Shown here piece after piece: positions 12,670 through 26,813 of a stretch of DNA of 64,000 nucleotides (positions are counted from its first letter, which is position 1; each line of letters starts with the position of its first letter). The stretch is from the NCBI GenBank assembly GCA_964016885.1, contig OZ024743.1, positions 70,866,001 through 70,930,000 of the forward strand, in the 5' to 3' direction. The notes under the pieces are model-generated. The model was not told where the DNA came from. It made no database searches and worked only from the letters and a program-made list of their open reading frames with translations. The position numbers and the translations under genes are program-made. Source of the stretch: Eledone cirrhosa. Lineage: Eukaryota.

Positions 12670-12960
12670 TTCCTGAGAGGGTCATGGGGGCAGAGTCCTC
12701 AAACACTCCCTCTAGCGGGTCTTGTCAGAAGCAACCGTTTCCAACTGATCTGGCTGGATCCCCAAGTGAGACCAGCCAAGCTCATGGATGTTATCCAACC
12801 ATCTTGCTCAGGTTTACCCCTTGGTCTCCTACCAGTTTCTTTTGCCTGTAAAATCTGTCCAGCGATTCTTGAGAGGAGAGTGTTTCAGTTTTTGTAGCAT
12901 TGATTTTCCTTCCTGCCATGCAGCACTCGGCAACAAACCTATCAAGTGCAAGTCGTCTTA
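12670..12960 (-). mobile_element. Decayed Rex3/Expander-like RTE LINE fragment
   Basis: Minus-strand peptides LDRFVAECCMAGRKINATKTE and GRRPRGKP..RWLDNIHELGWSHLGIQP resemble Rex3-type RT and C-terminal motifs as I recall them. Confidence 0.55.
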
Positions 12961-13215
12961 ATTACTAAAACCTTGGTCTTTGCCAAGGTTACTCTGAGCC
13001 TATTTTGATTCTAGGTTGTGCTTCCATGGCAGGAATCTTTTCTAGCTATTCCTCAGATTCAGTTATAAGTATTATCTCATCAACATACAGAAGTTCCCAC
13101 AGACAACGGTTCTGAAATTTCTAGGATATACACAAATACATATATTTAGCTGTGTGTGTGTGTGCATGTTTGTTTGGTTCTCCATCCCTTCAAATCTATC
13201 TAATTTCTCATTCTT

Positions 13216-13251
13216 TCTTCTGATGAAGGACTAGCATCCTAAACGTTAAGA
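13216..13251 (+). ncRNA. Degenerate minimal hammerhead motif
   Basis: TCTT-CTGATGA-AGGA ctagca TCCT-AAACGTT-AAGA. It lacks the G of GAAA, so it is probably inactive. Confidence 0.5.
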
Positions 13252-13316
13252 CCCTCTTCCTGCTATTTCAAGCATTATATACTGTACCGATCGTGTTGTT
13301 ATTTCTGTTTACCTTT

Positions 13317-13355
<39 letters not shown>

Positions 13356-13423
13356 ATCACCATCATTATCATCATCATCGCTTAACATCTATTTTCCAAC
13401 ACACACACATATATATGTATATA

Positions 13424-13558
13424 ATGTTTAATATAGAAATTGCTTCTACAGGAATAGAACTGTTTTATTCAAAAGAAATCATCAGGAAAGGACTTTCCTA
13501 ATGATTTCTTTTGAATGAAACATTCCTACTCATGTAGAAACCATTTCTATAGTAAACA
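13424..13558. repeat. Diverged inverted repeat of a hammerhead-like Penelope terminal segment
   Basis: Head-to-head CT(G/A)ATGATTTCTTTTGAAT(G/A)AAACA..TGTAGAA.C.ATTTCTAT arms centred near 13491. A third copy lies at 7705-7765. Confidence 0.65.
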
Positions 13559-14571
13559 ATATTTACACTTTACCAATGTATTGAGTACCTTACTAACTGT
13601 AGTTACCCCTGATTGAACCTGGAACACATGTATATATATATATATATATATATTTATGTTTACCTAGTATCATCAACATTTTATGTCCATTTTTCCTTCC
13701 CTGCTGGTGTAGGTTGAATAGGTCATTACAGACCAAGTGAGCACTTAATTGGAGTCACTATCCTAGAGACACACAAACACACATGTGACCAATTTAGAAG
13801 GGAAAATAACAGTTCCTGCTATTCTGTAATGCCACCCTGCTATCTTTACTGTCCTCTGGGGTTTAACTAGCCATGCTGATTTATAGAGTGAATTTTTTTA
13901 AAATTGGCTTTTCCAATATGGCACAGAAACAAGAAGCATATTTGGTTAGATTAGATTAGAATAACCCTTGCTAACAGGGAAAACAACCATTAAATGACGA
14001 CGACGAGATGGTGGTGATGGTGATGGTGATGATAGAAATAGGATCAATTGCTCAACAATGTAGAACTGATTGGATATGTTGGTGCTGAACTATTTGATAT
14101 AAAACTGCTTCAGCACCTGTCGACACATGTCAGTTATAGGTAATAGATGGCAGGTGAATTGGCAGAGTCATTAGAGTGTCAGATTACTATGGCTTGGCTA
14201 TTTGTTGTAGCTCACAGTGGAATTGGTGGCAGTGGTGGTGGTGTTATTAGGGTAGGGTGGAGTGGCAGTTAATTGGCTCTGTTTTAGTTCAAAAGAAATA
14301 TAATTAATACTTACAGAACATTTGCATGTAAACTATTTAAGATTCATTAGAGCGGAAGAGCTGTGTTGTAGTACTAATTTCAGCTTTCTGCACTCTGAGT
14401 TCAAATCTCACTGGAATCAACTCTGGCTTTTGTCCCTTTGGGAGAGGTGGAATATTTAAGAGTCAGACATAATGTTTTATGATACTTAATCCAGCTCTCT
14501 GCATTCTGAGTTCAAATCCTGCTTCTTTCTACCAGGATTTCTGACCAGCAGATAATATGAACAATTGAAAC

Positions 14572-14952
14572 ACCAATGGGAACATGGTTCCCCTGGTCCA
14601 GTTTAACAATTAGTTCTTATACCAGACGTTGTCACCAGCAGATAGTATCAGCAGTGGAAAGACCAATGGGAACATGGTTTCCCTGGTCCAGTTTGACAAT
14701 TGGTTCTTCTGCAGAAGTTTTTACCAATCAGCAATGGAAAGACCAATGGGAACATGGTTTCCTTGGTCCAGTTTGACAATTGGTTCTTCTGCCAGAAGTT
14801 TTTACCAGCAGATAGTATCAGAAAGACCAATGGGAACATGGTTTCTCTAGTCCAGTTTGACAATTGGTTCTTCTACCAGAAGGTTTTACCAGCAGATATT
14901 ATCAGCAATGGAAAGACCAATGGGAACATTGTATCCAGTTGAACAATTGGCT
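14572..14952. repeat. Minisatellite of about 85 bp, about 4.5 copies
   Basis: Repeating ACCAATGGGAACATGGTTTCCCTGGTCCAGTTTGACAATTGGTTCTTCT. Confidence 0.9.
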
Positions 14953-15004
14953 TCTTTTTTAGTTGCTTGAGCCTTTATCCACTCCACAAATATGATTGAT
15001 TTAA

Positions 15005-15224
15005 CCATTTAGCATTTAAACTGGCTGTATCTGGCCAGAATTTTCTCACCTCTTTCTGTGCAAACTGGCTGCAATTGGCCACTCATACATACAATAAGGT
15101 ATTGTCCTCAAAATAGATAATATCAACTGTCCAGCGATTCTCCCCTAAGACATTCTAACCATGAAATAAAGTCTTTACCATGAAAATATAATAGTATATA
15201 TAGAGTAATGTAAATGCTAAAGGG
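15005..15224. mobile_element. piggyBac-type MITE
   Basis: TTAA TSD at 15001-15004 and 15225-15228. TIRs CCATTTAGCATTTA / TAAATGCTAAAGGG. Confidence 0.8.
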
Positions 15225-15540
15225 TTAACACAATGATGCTTTAATAAAGCTAGTTTCTATATTGTACCTAGCTGTTACTCAGTTGAATGTTCATGACTTC
15301 ATGAACTCTTGGTTCATCATCATCTCATCATCATCACCATCACCACCACCACTATCATCATCACCATCACCACCACCACCATTGCCATCATCACCACCAC
15401 CACTGTTGCCATCACCACCATCATCATCATCATCATCACCACCACCATCATTACCACCATTATCATCATAACCACCTTCATCATCACCACCATCATCATC
15501 GCCATCTCCACCATCACCACCATCTCCACCACCACCATCT

Positions 15541-15573
<33 letters not shown>

Positions 15574-16492
15574 TTATTTCTATTTTTTTCCATGCTTGCA
15601 TGTGTTAGATGAGTCTTGTCTAGCACAGTATCTTCCCTTTGTCATCTCCTTTGTGAGGTTTATTTTCTTGAGAATATCTTTCACCACTTTTTTTCGTCTT
15701 CCTCTTCCTTAACTTCCTTCCACTCGGAACTCCTGACATTTTTTCACCCAACAAACACCAGCCATACACATTAACAGCCTCTTCTGTTTTATTAACCCTT
15801 TCAATTTTAAACAAACTTGCAGTTCTTTTGTCTTCCACAGTCTTTATTTCTTTTCAATTTCACATAATGAATCAATATTGTTTTTAATAAAAACTCAGTA
15901 AGCTCTCTATAGAAGTTATAATAAATCTTTGTCAACATTCCAATATGGACTCTGACTGCCAGACATGGAATCATGTTGCAGTTGGTGTTCAAACCGGAAC
16001 TATGGATATTAATTGTTATGTACATATATGGTATTTAAAAATTAACTAATTAACAAAAACAGTTAGGTAACAGGATATTTTCAATAAGTATAATTATTAA
16101 TTACTAAGTATTGAGAAATTTGAAAATATAGTTGCCACAATACAGTTAACTATAATAATAGTTGAACAAATTGTAAAAAATGTGGATAGACACATGCAGG
16201 GAATTGAACCAACACACTCTTGTATGTTTGGTGAGCATGTTCAACTATTATGTATAATGGTTAAACACACTCACCACTATTTTCTCTGTCTTGATTTGTT
16301 CAACTATTATTTATAGTTATCTACATTGTGGCAACTATGTTTTCAAATTTGATTTACTGCATTATTTTAGGCAACTAACATATTGATGGCCTTATTTATG
16401 TATATTTGGTGTAGCTGTTGTATTTGTTTAACCCCAGGCCAACCCTAGTTGAGCAAAACTGTAATGAAATGTGTTCCAATGTGACAATTCTT

Positions 16493-16657
16493 TGGACCCT
16501 AAAGAGTGTGATTTTGGACTCTACAGAGTGTGACATTGGACTCTACAGAGTGTGCCTTTGGACTCTACAGAGTGTGACTTTAGACTCTACAGAGTGAGTG
16601 TGACATTAGAATCTACAGAGTGTGACTTTGGAATCTACAGAGTGTGATTGGACTCGA
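16493..16657. repeat. Minisatellite of about 22 bp
   Basis: GGACTCTACAGAGTGTGACTTT, about 7 copies. Confidence 0.9.
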
Positions 16658-16829
16658 CAAAATATAATTATACACCAACTCTATAACGTGCTTGTGTGTA
16701 TGTTCCCGCTTTTGTCAATGTTTATGTCCTATAACTTAGCAGTTCTACAATAGGAGTTTGATAAATAAGTACCAGGCTTAACAAAAAAATAAGTACTGAG
16801 GGTCAATATGTTCAAATAAAACCCTTTAA

Positions 16830-17239
16830 TCCTTTATCATTTACATTACTCTGGATTGGCAGTATCGGTAGAGGGTCGGACGCCATGCTTTGACGCATAG
16901 AGTTATGGCCCTTGCCATTCTGAGTTCAAATTCTGCCGAGGTTAACTTTGCCTTTCATCCTTACAGGGTCGATAAAATAAAGTACCAGTAATGCACTGGG
17001 TAATTGCTGGCCTTGTGCCAAAAAGTAGAAACAATTACTCTATATATACCATTGTATTTTTGTGGTAAAGGCTTTACCTCACATAATTATCTCGCATAAT
17101 ATCAAATCAATGAGATTTTGATATTATTTATTTTGAGAACATTGCTTTAGCACAAGTATGAGTGGCTGGTTACAGCTGGTTTGAACAAAAAGAGGTGAGA
17201 GAATTCTGGCCAGATATGGCTGGTTTAAATGCTAAGGGG
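16830..17239. mobile_element. piggyBac-type MITE interrupted by a SINE-B (16853-17033)
   Basis: Same family as 15005-15224 in opposite orientation. The SINE is flanked by the direct repeat ATTACTCT (16845-16852 and 17034-17041). Confidence 0.8.
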
Positions 17240-18082
17240 TTATACCTGTGCCCTGGCATGGCTGTATGTAATCTAATGAATAAAACCAATAAAATATAGA
17301 TAAAAAGCAAAAAAAATATATTCCCTCTTCAGTAGTTATTCATAAGCTTTGTGTGAAACGTGAGACCTAACATACATGAAGAAACAAATTTATGGAATCC
17401 TAAATTAATTATAACCTCATCATATTATATTTCATTCCACAACATTCCAAATTCATATTTCTGGGGGGGGGGGTAATTTTCATGTATTTTGGAGTAGATT
17501 CCATTCAATATATCCTTTCTTTACTGGTTATATATAACTGTACTATTTATACAGCTTTCCAAGTTGTATACCCTGAAAATTTATATACCCTTACATAGAT
17601 GTATACACTGACAAAATTGTATACGCCGAGAAAGTTGTATAGCCTTAATAATTATACATCCTTACATGTTGTATATGCTGATAAAATTGTATAGCCTGAC
17701 ATGTTATACACTCGTACAAGTTATATACACAGACAAGCTATATATTCTGACACAGTTATATACCCTGACACAAATATATACCCTGACACAAATATATACC
17801 CTGACAAGATATATACTCTAACAAGTTATATACACTGACACTGGTGTATACTCTGACACAGTTATACACCCTTACAGTTATACACCCTTAGTTTCATGCC
17901 CTAATAAAATTGTATATCTTAACAAAGTTATGGCCTTTAGCCAATTTAAAGAGTCAATATTAACTAGACTCATGTTGTTGTTGTTGTTTATTGATTCCAT
18001 TTTTACACTTTCCTTATGAATTATTTAATTACAATTAATTAAATTGTTTTTATTTCTTTTACTTTCAGTTCAAGCCGATACA

Positions 18083-21000
18083 ATGATGCTTTCTGGCATC
18101 ACCTTTCTTTGGAAGTGGTTAGTCTGGTTGTTCACTCTACACATCAGCTGCATCTTAGCACAAACAGCAATACCAATACAGTTACCTTTCCAGTTCACAC
18201 AGCCAAGCTATAATGCCAGCATTCCCGAGAACTCGGTGGGCAAAATCTATGTCCAATCAACGCGGAAAATGGGAATACCCGTCCGCGATTCCTCATTGGA
18301 AGTTTCCTTCTCGATAATAAAACGAGATGATGATAGTATTTTTAAATTAGAAGAACTATTCATTGAAGATTTTTGGTTTCTTAGGATAAGAACTAACACA
18401 GGAATTCCCCCCGGAAAATTGAACCGGGAACTTCAAGATCATTACACACTTTACATCAAAGCTGTGGCACAGAATCTGGCAGGCCTTATATTTGAGGCTG
18501 ATGCTATTGTATATATATCTGTCCTTGATAGGAACGACTTAACGCCTATATTTTATAACCCTCGCTATAATGTAACTCTTAGTGAAGACACCCCTGTACA
18601 CAAACGCATCACTCGGGTGAGTGCATCTGATGCAGATATTGGAATAAATGCTGAAATCTACTACAGTTTTGTCGAAGCCACCAACACATTCGCCATCCAT
18701 CCCACCACTGGAGTTATTACACTCACACGCCCATTAAATTATGAGGACCAAAGTGAATATGAACTTGAAATCCTTGCCAGTGATCGAGGGCACAAAACCA
18801 ATCACAGACAGAGCATGTCACGAGGTCGTGCTAAATTGTTTGTCTCAGTCCAACAAGTTAACCTATACCCACCAGAATTCTCAGTTGAAAATTTACCATC
18901 TTTGATGGAACATGGCAACATTGGAACTGTTTACGCTATTGTTCGCATTGAAGATCAGGACACTGGTAATAATGGCAAGTTAAATATGCCACAGATAATT
19001 GATGGGGACCCAAATGAATATTTCATGTTGAAACGAGGAAAATCCCGAGAAGAATTCCTCATTATAGTCCAAGAAAATCTTGACCGAGAGGACAGCCCAG
19101 ATGGTTTTAATATAACACTTTATGCTTCTGATCAAGGAACACCTAGTCTAAATGCTACAATAGTGGTCCCAGTTGACATTCAAGACATGAATGATAACTC
19201 TCCAGTTTTCAGCCAAGCCATTTACGAAGCCAGTATTGATGAGACAGCTTTGGTCAATTCTCCTGTGATATTTATTAAGGCCGGAGATGCTGATGCTGGC
19301 AAAAATGCCAAAGTTCATTACACCATAACTGGCGGTAACGTAGATGGCTATTTCCAGATAGATTCTATATCTGGACTGATTACTACAGCATCAGTATTAG
19401 ATGCAGAGATGGTATCTGACGTGGAACTTGAAGTGTGTGCTGAGGATGAAGCTAATTCTGGGTCCAGAAAAAGTGGTGCAGCAATAGTGCACATCAACAT
19501 CAAGGATTGCAATGACAATACCCCAGTGTTTAACAGCACAGGGGATATCTTTTATGTGGATGAAAACTCTCCAGTTAAAACTGTTGTTGGTCAAGTGACG
19601 GCTACAGACATTGACAAAGATGAAAACGGCTATTTCAGTTTGACCATTGCTAATGTTAACTCAGTACCATTCGAAATTGAGCCCTTCACTGGGATCCTAA
19701 AGTTGAACCAAGTTCTTGATTATGAATCCATGAAAGACACCTACATCCTGAAGATCCGTGCTTCCGATTGGGGCAGTCCATTTCGCCGGGAATCAGAAAC
19801 ACAAGTTACAATTAAGGTACGTGATGTGAATGATAACAAACCCCAGTTTGAAAAACTGTCCTGCATTGTTTATGCATCATCTGACATCGAGAACAACACT
19901 GCTCTGTTGGTTGTTTCAGCCATTGACTTAGATATTACAAGTATTGTTAGTTATAGCATTGATAAAGGTAATGAAAAAAACTACTTCAACATTCACACAG
20001 AGCGAGGTGATATATTTTTGAGTGTTCCGACATCTGAGTTGCTTGAGAGTAAATTTACACTGACCATTGGTGCAACAGATGGTGTTCATGCTGCTGATCC
20101 TATGGAAATTACAATTGTTATTGTAAATAAAGAAGAAGCAGATATCAACCTCTCAGACAACACAGTGTCATTCAGTTGTCAAAAATCTAATGCCACCAAA
20201 ATTCTGGAAAAAATGCTTTTGAAGAAACAGAAAAACAGTAAAAAAAACAAAGATTTAATGTCAGAAATGCCAGATGAGTATCAGTATAATATTAATCCGC
20301 CAGAGTTTGCTCTCGACATGCCAAGTAACATTACTGTCAGGGAAGACAAACCCATTGGCTTCAGTATCTTAGAAATCCCTGTTTCTGACAGTGACCCAGG
20401 CTATAATGGTAAACTTACTTATGTTTTATCCAAGGGAAATGAGCAAGGTAGGTTTACCATCAGTAATGAAGGCACGTTGTACATACTATCTGAATTAGAC
20501 CGTGAAAGCAAAGATAACTATGAAATGATCATTACTGCTGCCGACCTTGGCACACCAAGCAAAACAGCCTCAAGGAATATCACTGTGACTGTCTGGGATG
20601 TTAACGATTGTGCACCAAACTTCGAAAGAAACCATTATTCTATTAATGTATCAGAAAATATTAACCTCAATGCTACCATCACGCAGGTTTATGCCACTGA
20701 CGATGATACGGGGAAAAATGCTGAGATCCGATACACTATCATATCAGACACCGACGAGTTCAAAGTTGACAACCATTCTGGAATTATCCGTGTAAATGGA
20801 TTATTGGATCGGGAAAGACAAGAAGTTTACAACGTTTTAGTCCAGGCCAGTGACAAGGGCTCAGAAATATCTTTGTCATCAACGACAACGGTAACTATCC
20901 ATGTAACAGATATCAACGACAATTTGCCAAAATTCTCACCAGAGATCTATGACATCAAGATCAGAGAGGACTTGCCAATTGGTGCTGTGGTAACTACACT

Positions 21001-21419
21001 GACAGCCTACGATCCAGATCTTGGGTCTGGTGGGGAAGTAATTTACAGCCTAATTTATGGCACGGATGGTAAATTTGAGATTGATGAGATTACAGGAACA
21101 GTGAGAGTTTCACAGATGTTGGATTTTGAACAGAAACAAGTGTACAACATAACAGCGCAGGCCCAGGATAACGGCAATTCACCCCTGCTATCTTCCTGTT
21201 TCATCAATGTCGAGGTCATAGATGTTAATGAGAACTTGTACCCCCCTGTTTTTAGTAGGTTCTTTTCTATTGGTTATGTTCATGAAGATGAACCAATTGG
21301 TACACCTTTCATGCAGGTGTCTGCTATGGATGCAGATGCCTCGGAAAATGATCCTACACCAATAATGTATTCCATACGAGATGGTTCTGGATTAGGACGT
21401 TTTACCATTGACAATAATG
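18083..21419 (+). CDS. FAT1: Fat-like atypical cadherin (FAT1/2/3, Drosophila kugelei type), first coding exon
   Basis: The exon runs from acceptor TTTCAG|18069 to donor G|GTAAGT at 21419/21420 (phase 1). ATG at 18083 starts a hydrophobic signal peptide. About 10 cadherin repeats (LDRE/LDYE, AxDxG, DxNDNxP). Fat1-like signatures FWFLRIRT, DWGSPFRRESE, a non-cadherin linker after EC6 and YSIRDGSGLG. Confidence 0.93.
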
Positions 21420-22879
21420 GTAAGTCTCTCAAATTTCTTTCATTCTTTTTTCGTCTTTGTATTTTAACATCTTTCATTCTTTTTATTTTTATTTTAACTT
21501 CTTTCATTTTTTAAAATTTACGTTGTCAGTAGGTTCTTTGATTATCAAATTTATACATTCACCCAAATTGTCAAAGAAAGTGTTAAGTAAAAACTGATCT
21601 TCAAAGTTCTGTTATATATATATATATGAGTAAAAGCTTGACCATGGTGCCAAGCAGTTTCTGCTTGTGTCGTATATATATATGTATGTTTATATAAGAA
21701 GGTTAAAAGTTCAGGGGAAGAAAGTTGCTCTAATAAGTTGAATATGGTTCTACAATCCACAACAAACAAAAAATATAAATTAATTCAAAGTATAAATCCA
21801 TTTCCTTTCTTCATCTTGTTTTTCTTTCCATTATATATATATATATTGTCACCATCACCATTTAACATTTATTTGTTTGTTCCATGCTTGCATTAGTTAG
21901 ACAGGTTGTCCACATTAAGATACAAGTCTGGCTAGTTGACCACATTGTACCTTGCTCAAACATGACTATATTCTGGCCAGTTTATATTACTATATGTTTT
22001 TCTAGCTGGATGCCCTTTCTAACACCAGCCACATTTACAGTGTGGAACTGGGTGGTCCCATTATGAGGAGGTCTGGCCAGCTGGCTGTGACATACCCTCT
22101 TCAAGTGGAACTGTATTTTGGGAGCTGGATGGTTATGAAGGAGGTCTGATCTGTTGGCCATACTATACCTTGCTCATAGCAGGACCATGTTTTGGCTAGG
22201 ATTCTGGGATTTTATGGCTGCTGGATGCCCTTCTAACAATATTCTTTATTACTTAATGTTAGAGTTGGGAGGTGTTTAGGAGAGTCAGAAGAGGAATATT
22301 TGTTAACTCCAGTCTCAGACTGGTGAAATTGATATATTTATAGAAATATACTGTAAATCTACTGAAACTGAGGAGCAATTACTGAGCAACATTGGGGTAA
22401 TTATTGTGCTATTAGAGAGCAGCACAGAGGCAACTGTAGAGCTGTTACAGAACAACAACTAGGGCAACTATGGAGCAATTACAGAGCATCACTAGGGTAA
22501 CTATGGAGCAATTACAGAGCAACTATGGCACAATTACAGAGCAACATGGAGGCAACTTAGAAGCATCACCAAGGTGACTCTGGAGCAATACTGAGGTGAC
22601 TCTTTATGATGATAATAATGATGATTATGATGATAATGGTGATAATTATGATGATGATAATGCTGGCATTGGAGAGAATGATACTTATGCTAGTGATAAT
22701 AGACAGAACATTAGCTGAGTGGTTAAGGAGTTCACTTCACAGTCATATGTTTACAGGTTCAATCCTGCTGCAAGGAATCACGAGCAAGGATTTTTTAATA
22801 GAGCCTTGATTTGATAAGTCCCTTGTCAGTAGAATTTAGTAGATGGAGACTGTGCTGAAGCCTATTGTGTTGTAAGAGT

Positions 22880-23103
22880 ATTGGACTTACTGTTATAATA
22901 TCATGGTGTAGATTCCTAGGCTGGATTGTGTGTTCTTGAGCAAAACACTTCATTTCATGTTGCTCCTGTATACTCAGCTGAAAATGAGTACTAACAATAG
23001 CTGGAGGTTTAACCTTGCAATGGACTGGCGTCTCATCCAGGGGAAAGCCTTGTACTTTCAGTTGCTTCATGCCATGAAACTGGGATAAGCACCAGCTTGA
23101 GAC
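22880..23103 (+). mobile_element. CORE-type SINE with alternative tail C
   Basis: GTGTTCTTGAGCAAAACACTTCATTTCATGTTGCTCC..CTCAGCTGAAAATGAGTAC, then CCTTGCAATGGACTGGCGTC..GAAACTGGGATAAGC. Homologous to 57247-57516. Confidence 0.75.
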
Positions 23104-24493
23104 ATGTTGAATGTGTGTGTGTGTGTGTGTGTGTGTCAGTCTGAAGCAGAGGCAACAGTATTTATCTCTGAGTTCAAATTCCACCCAGATCAACTTTCAT
23201 CCTAATAAGGTCAATTAAAAAAAAATAAACTATCATTCATGTAATGAAGTATATTTAATCAACTTTTCCCTCTCTGTTAAATAAGGTTTTGAGTTCAGAA
23301 ATATAACAAACACATTTTGAAAATAATCGAGGATATGTTGGCTATTTAATAATATATTTTCACTTTCTCATTATTAAGATGATATTTAGAATATAACTTA
23401 ACAAAGGTTCTTATATAAAATTATGATTGCAGAATTTTAAGTAAATGTAAACATTTTAAAACAAGCAGTTATGTATTGTAGAATTAAAGGTAGTTCTAGG
23501 TAGTATAACCCCCCTCCCCCACTATACTTACCCACCCAGGCACTATTGTTGTTATTGTTGTGTTCACATTTCCTGGCTTCCAATTAAATATTGGCCAGTT
23601 ATTCTTATTTTCCTTGGCTCCACCAAAAACTGCAGCCTTGCTTCCCCCACTGACATTACCATCCACACCAGCACCACCAATACCACCACCCATATTACTG
23701 CCAATACACCACTATCAATACCATCACCACCACAACCAACAACACTGCCATCACCAATATCACCCACACCACCAATACCACCACCCATATCACTGCCAAC
23801 ACAATCTACCCACACCACCACCAATACCATCATTGCCATCACCAATACCATGACCACCACCACCACCAATATCATCATTACTATCACTAATACCACCACT
23901 ACTACTACCAATACCACCACCACCAATACAACCACACTGCCAACACAATCTACCCACACTACCACCTATACCATCATTGCCATCACCAATACCATGACCA
24001 CCACCACCACCACCAATATCATCATTACTATCACTAATACCACCACTACTACTACCAATACCACCACCACCAATACAACCACACTGCCAACACAATCTAC
24101 CCACACTACCACCTATACCATCATTGCCATCACCAATACCATGACCACCACCACCACCACACTCCTACTGATTCAATCATAAATTGCTGGCAGCAATGGT
24201 GGTGGTGGTTGTGGTGGTTGTTGTGGTGGTGGTGGCGGTGGTTGTTGCTGTTGTGGTCGTGGTGGCGGTGGTTGCAGTATATAACTTCAGTTAACAGTCC
24301 TGGCCAGGAGAGTGATATGTAGAGATGGCAAAAATTCATATACCCTCTAACCACCAAAAAAACGTCACCAGTGAATCAATTCAATGACCCAGTTTTCAGT
24401 GACATCACTACTACTACCACCACCACTGATGCTACTTTGCTACTACTTCTAAAACCACTACTACTACTACTACTAATAATAATAATAATAATA

Positions 24494-25100
24494 ATTGTTT
24501 CTACTTTTGGCACAAGGCCAGCAATTATCCCAGCGCATTACTGGTACTTTATTTTATCGACCCCGTAAGGATGAAAGGCAAAGTTAACCTCGGAAGGATT
24601 TGAACTCAGAATGGCAAGGGCCGTAACTCTATGCGTCAAAGCATGGTGTCCAACCCTCTACCGATACTGCCATCTACCGCCGTTAATAATAATAATAATA
24701 ATAATTGTTTCTGATTTAGGCACAAGGCCAACAATTTTGTGGGAGGGGAAAGTCGATTAAATCGACCCCAGTGCATTACTGGTACTTTATTTTATCGACC
24801 CCGTAAGCATGAAAGGCAAAGCTAACCTCAGTGGGATTTGAAATCAGAATGTAAAGGGCCGTAGCTCTGTGCTGCAAAGCATGGTGTCCAGTGTTCTACC
24901 GATACTGCCAAAAGAATAATAATTGTTTCTACTTTTAGCAGAAGGCCAGTAATTATCCCAGAGTATTACTGGTACTTTATTTTATCAAGATCAAAGAATG
25001 AAAGGCAAGGGTGACTTTGTCAGGATTTGAACTCAGAATGTAAAGAATCAGAACAAATATTGTTAAGAATCTGTCTAATGTTCCAATAGTTCTGCCAATG
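24494..25100 (-). mobile_element. Three tandem SINE-B copies
   Basis: Three head-to-tail minus-strand units, each ending in AGAAACAATT(ATT)n. Confidence 0.85.
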
Positions 25101-25809
25101 ATGAATAATAGCTATATTATATCTTGTCTTAGGTGTTGGTAGCGACAGTATCAGACTCTTCTGCCCAACCAATACCCCACCCCACCACACATATATCTAA
25201 CTTTGTCTCAGATACAAACACATATACACACAAATACAACCTTCTTTCACACATACAACCACCCATCCACCCTTGTCTCACACACATCCAAACTTGTCCA
25301 CACACATACTACCTCATCTCACTCACACACACACACACATACAACCTTGTCTCACACACACACATACTACCTCGTCTCACACACACACATACAACCTTGT
25401 CTCACACATACTACCTCGTCTCACACACACACACACACACATACAACCTTGTCTCACACACACACACATCGACACACACATCCACACACACAATAAGAAT
25501 TATTAATAAATAATTTGATATGAAAATATGTACAAACCGTTCTTGCTAAAACAATAATAATTTTCCAGTATATTAATGATATTGTTAGATTGTATAAGTT
25601 CCATTATATTTCGTTTCTGTCATCTATAATCACCATCAGGTGCCATTTTCATAGAATATCTACCATATCTAAAAGTCACAGAAGTAGACACATCATACCT
25701 CCATTTCAGATACATTTACTACAATGTACTATATATTTTAAATTAGGGTTTTGTAGGCCCAGAAGATACATCTTGCCTTCATTTTGCATACAACATTTAC
25801 AATATACTA

Positions 25810-26125
25810 TCATCATTATCATCATCATCATCATCGTTTAACGGCCATCTTCCACGCTAGCATGGGTTAGACGGTTTTGTTCTATTTGGTGCGGGAATGG
25901 TCGGGAGACAGTGTCTCGCTCGCACGGAAACGTCTCTGGCAGGTTTTTTTTTTTACACCAACCACATTTACAGTGTGCACTGGGAGCGTTTTTACTGTGT
26001 CTCCTACACGGCCACCTTACAGTGTGGACTGTTGTGTCATCGACACAGTGGACAGAACGGGAGAGGGAGGATGGGATAGGGTGTATGGGGAGGTGTACAT
26101 TGAATTAAGAGGTACCTACTGACTG
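25810..26125 (-). mobile_element. RTE 3'UTR fragment
   Basis: Reverse complement of the RTE 3'UTR (28200-28560) with a (TGA)n tail. Confidence 0.8.
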
Positions 26126-26813
26126 TAGGTTTGTATGCAATGGCAGTCAGGTCTTCTGTACAACTGCATGACGCCAAAGGTATCAATCCAGTGTCATTGT
26201 CTTATATATATATTTTGTATTAGGGCTTTGTAGATTCAGTAGGTAAGTTACCTTCATTTTACATATATTTACAACATACATTTTACATACATTTACAACA
26301 TACTATCTATATTACTAAAACAGAGAGTGTCTGTTTGTCTGTCTGCCTGTTCAATCACTAAAACTCGAGAACCACCCAACCGATTGTTTTCAAACTTTAC
26401 ACATGTAATACTTATGGCCCTATTGAGTGTTCTGAGCAAAAGAAATTTCAAATTTTCAATGCCCTACGGACCGCATTAGGCGATTTAGCAATCTCTTTCT
26501 ATCTCAGTCTTTCACTTTTTAGATAGATACATAGATATTACGTCGTGCATTACGTCATTATGACGCGATCAGTGTGTGTGTTTATATATGTATATATAGT
26601 GTGTGTATATATATATATTCTTATGCCAGGGAACATCTTCACGAATCAAAGTATCGTCTCCCTGTTTTCCTTCGGTTGCAACGTTTTTCGAAATATTTAC
26701 ATCTGCGTTCACAGATTGATTTTTTAAATTTAGTTTCAGAAGATCCCGTTAAGGGTGAAAGCAGCGATTCTTCGCTTAAACTTTAATCTGTTATTTTAAT
26801 ATATGTATATATC

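Noticed and set aside
18044-21514. Complete single-exon 1156-aa cadherin with C-terminal TM, or a clustered protocadherin
   Set aside because: The hydrophobic tail is read-through into the T-rich intron after the GTAAGT donor, and the N-terminal extension is the polypyrimidine tract. About 10 EC repeats and the Fat1 motifs exclude a 6-7 EC protocadherin.
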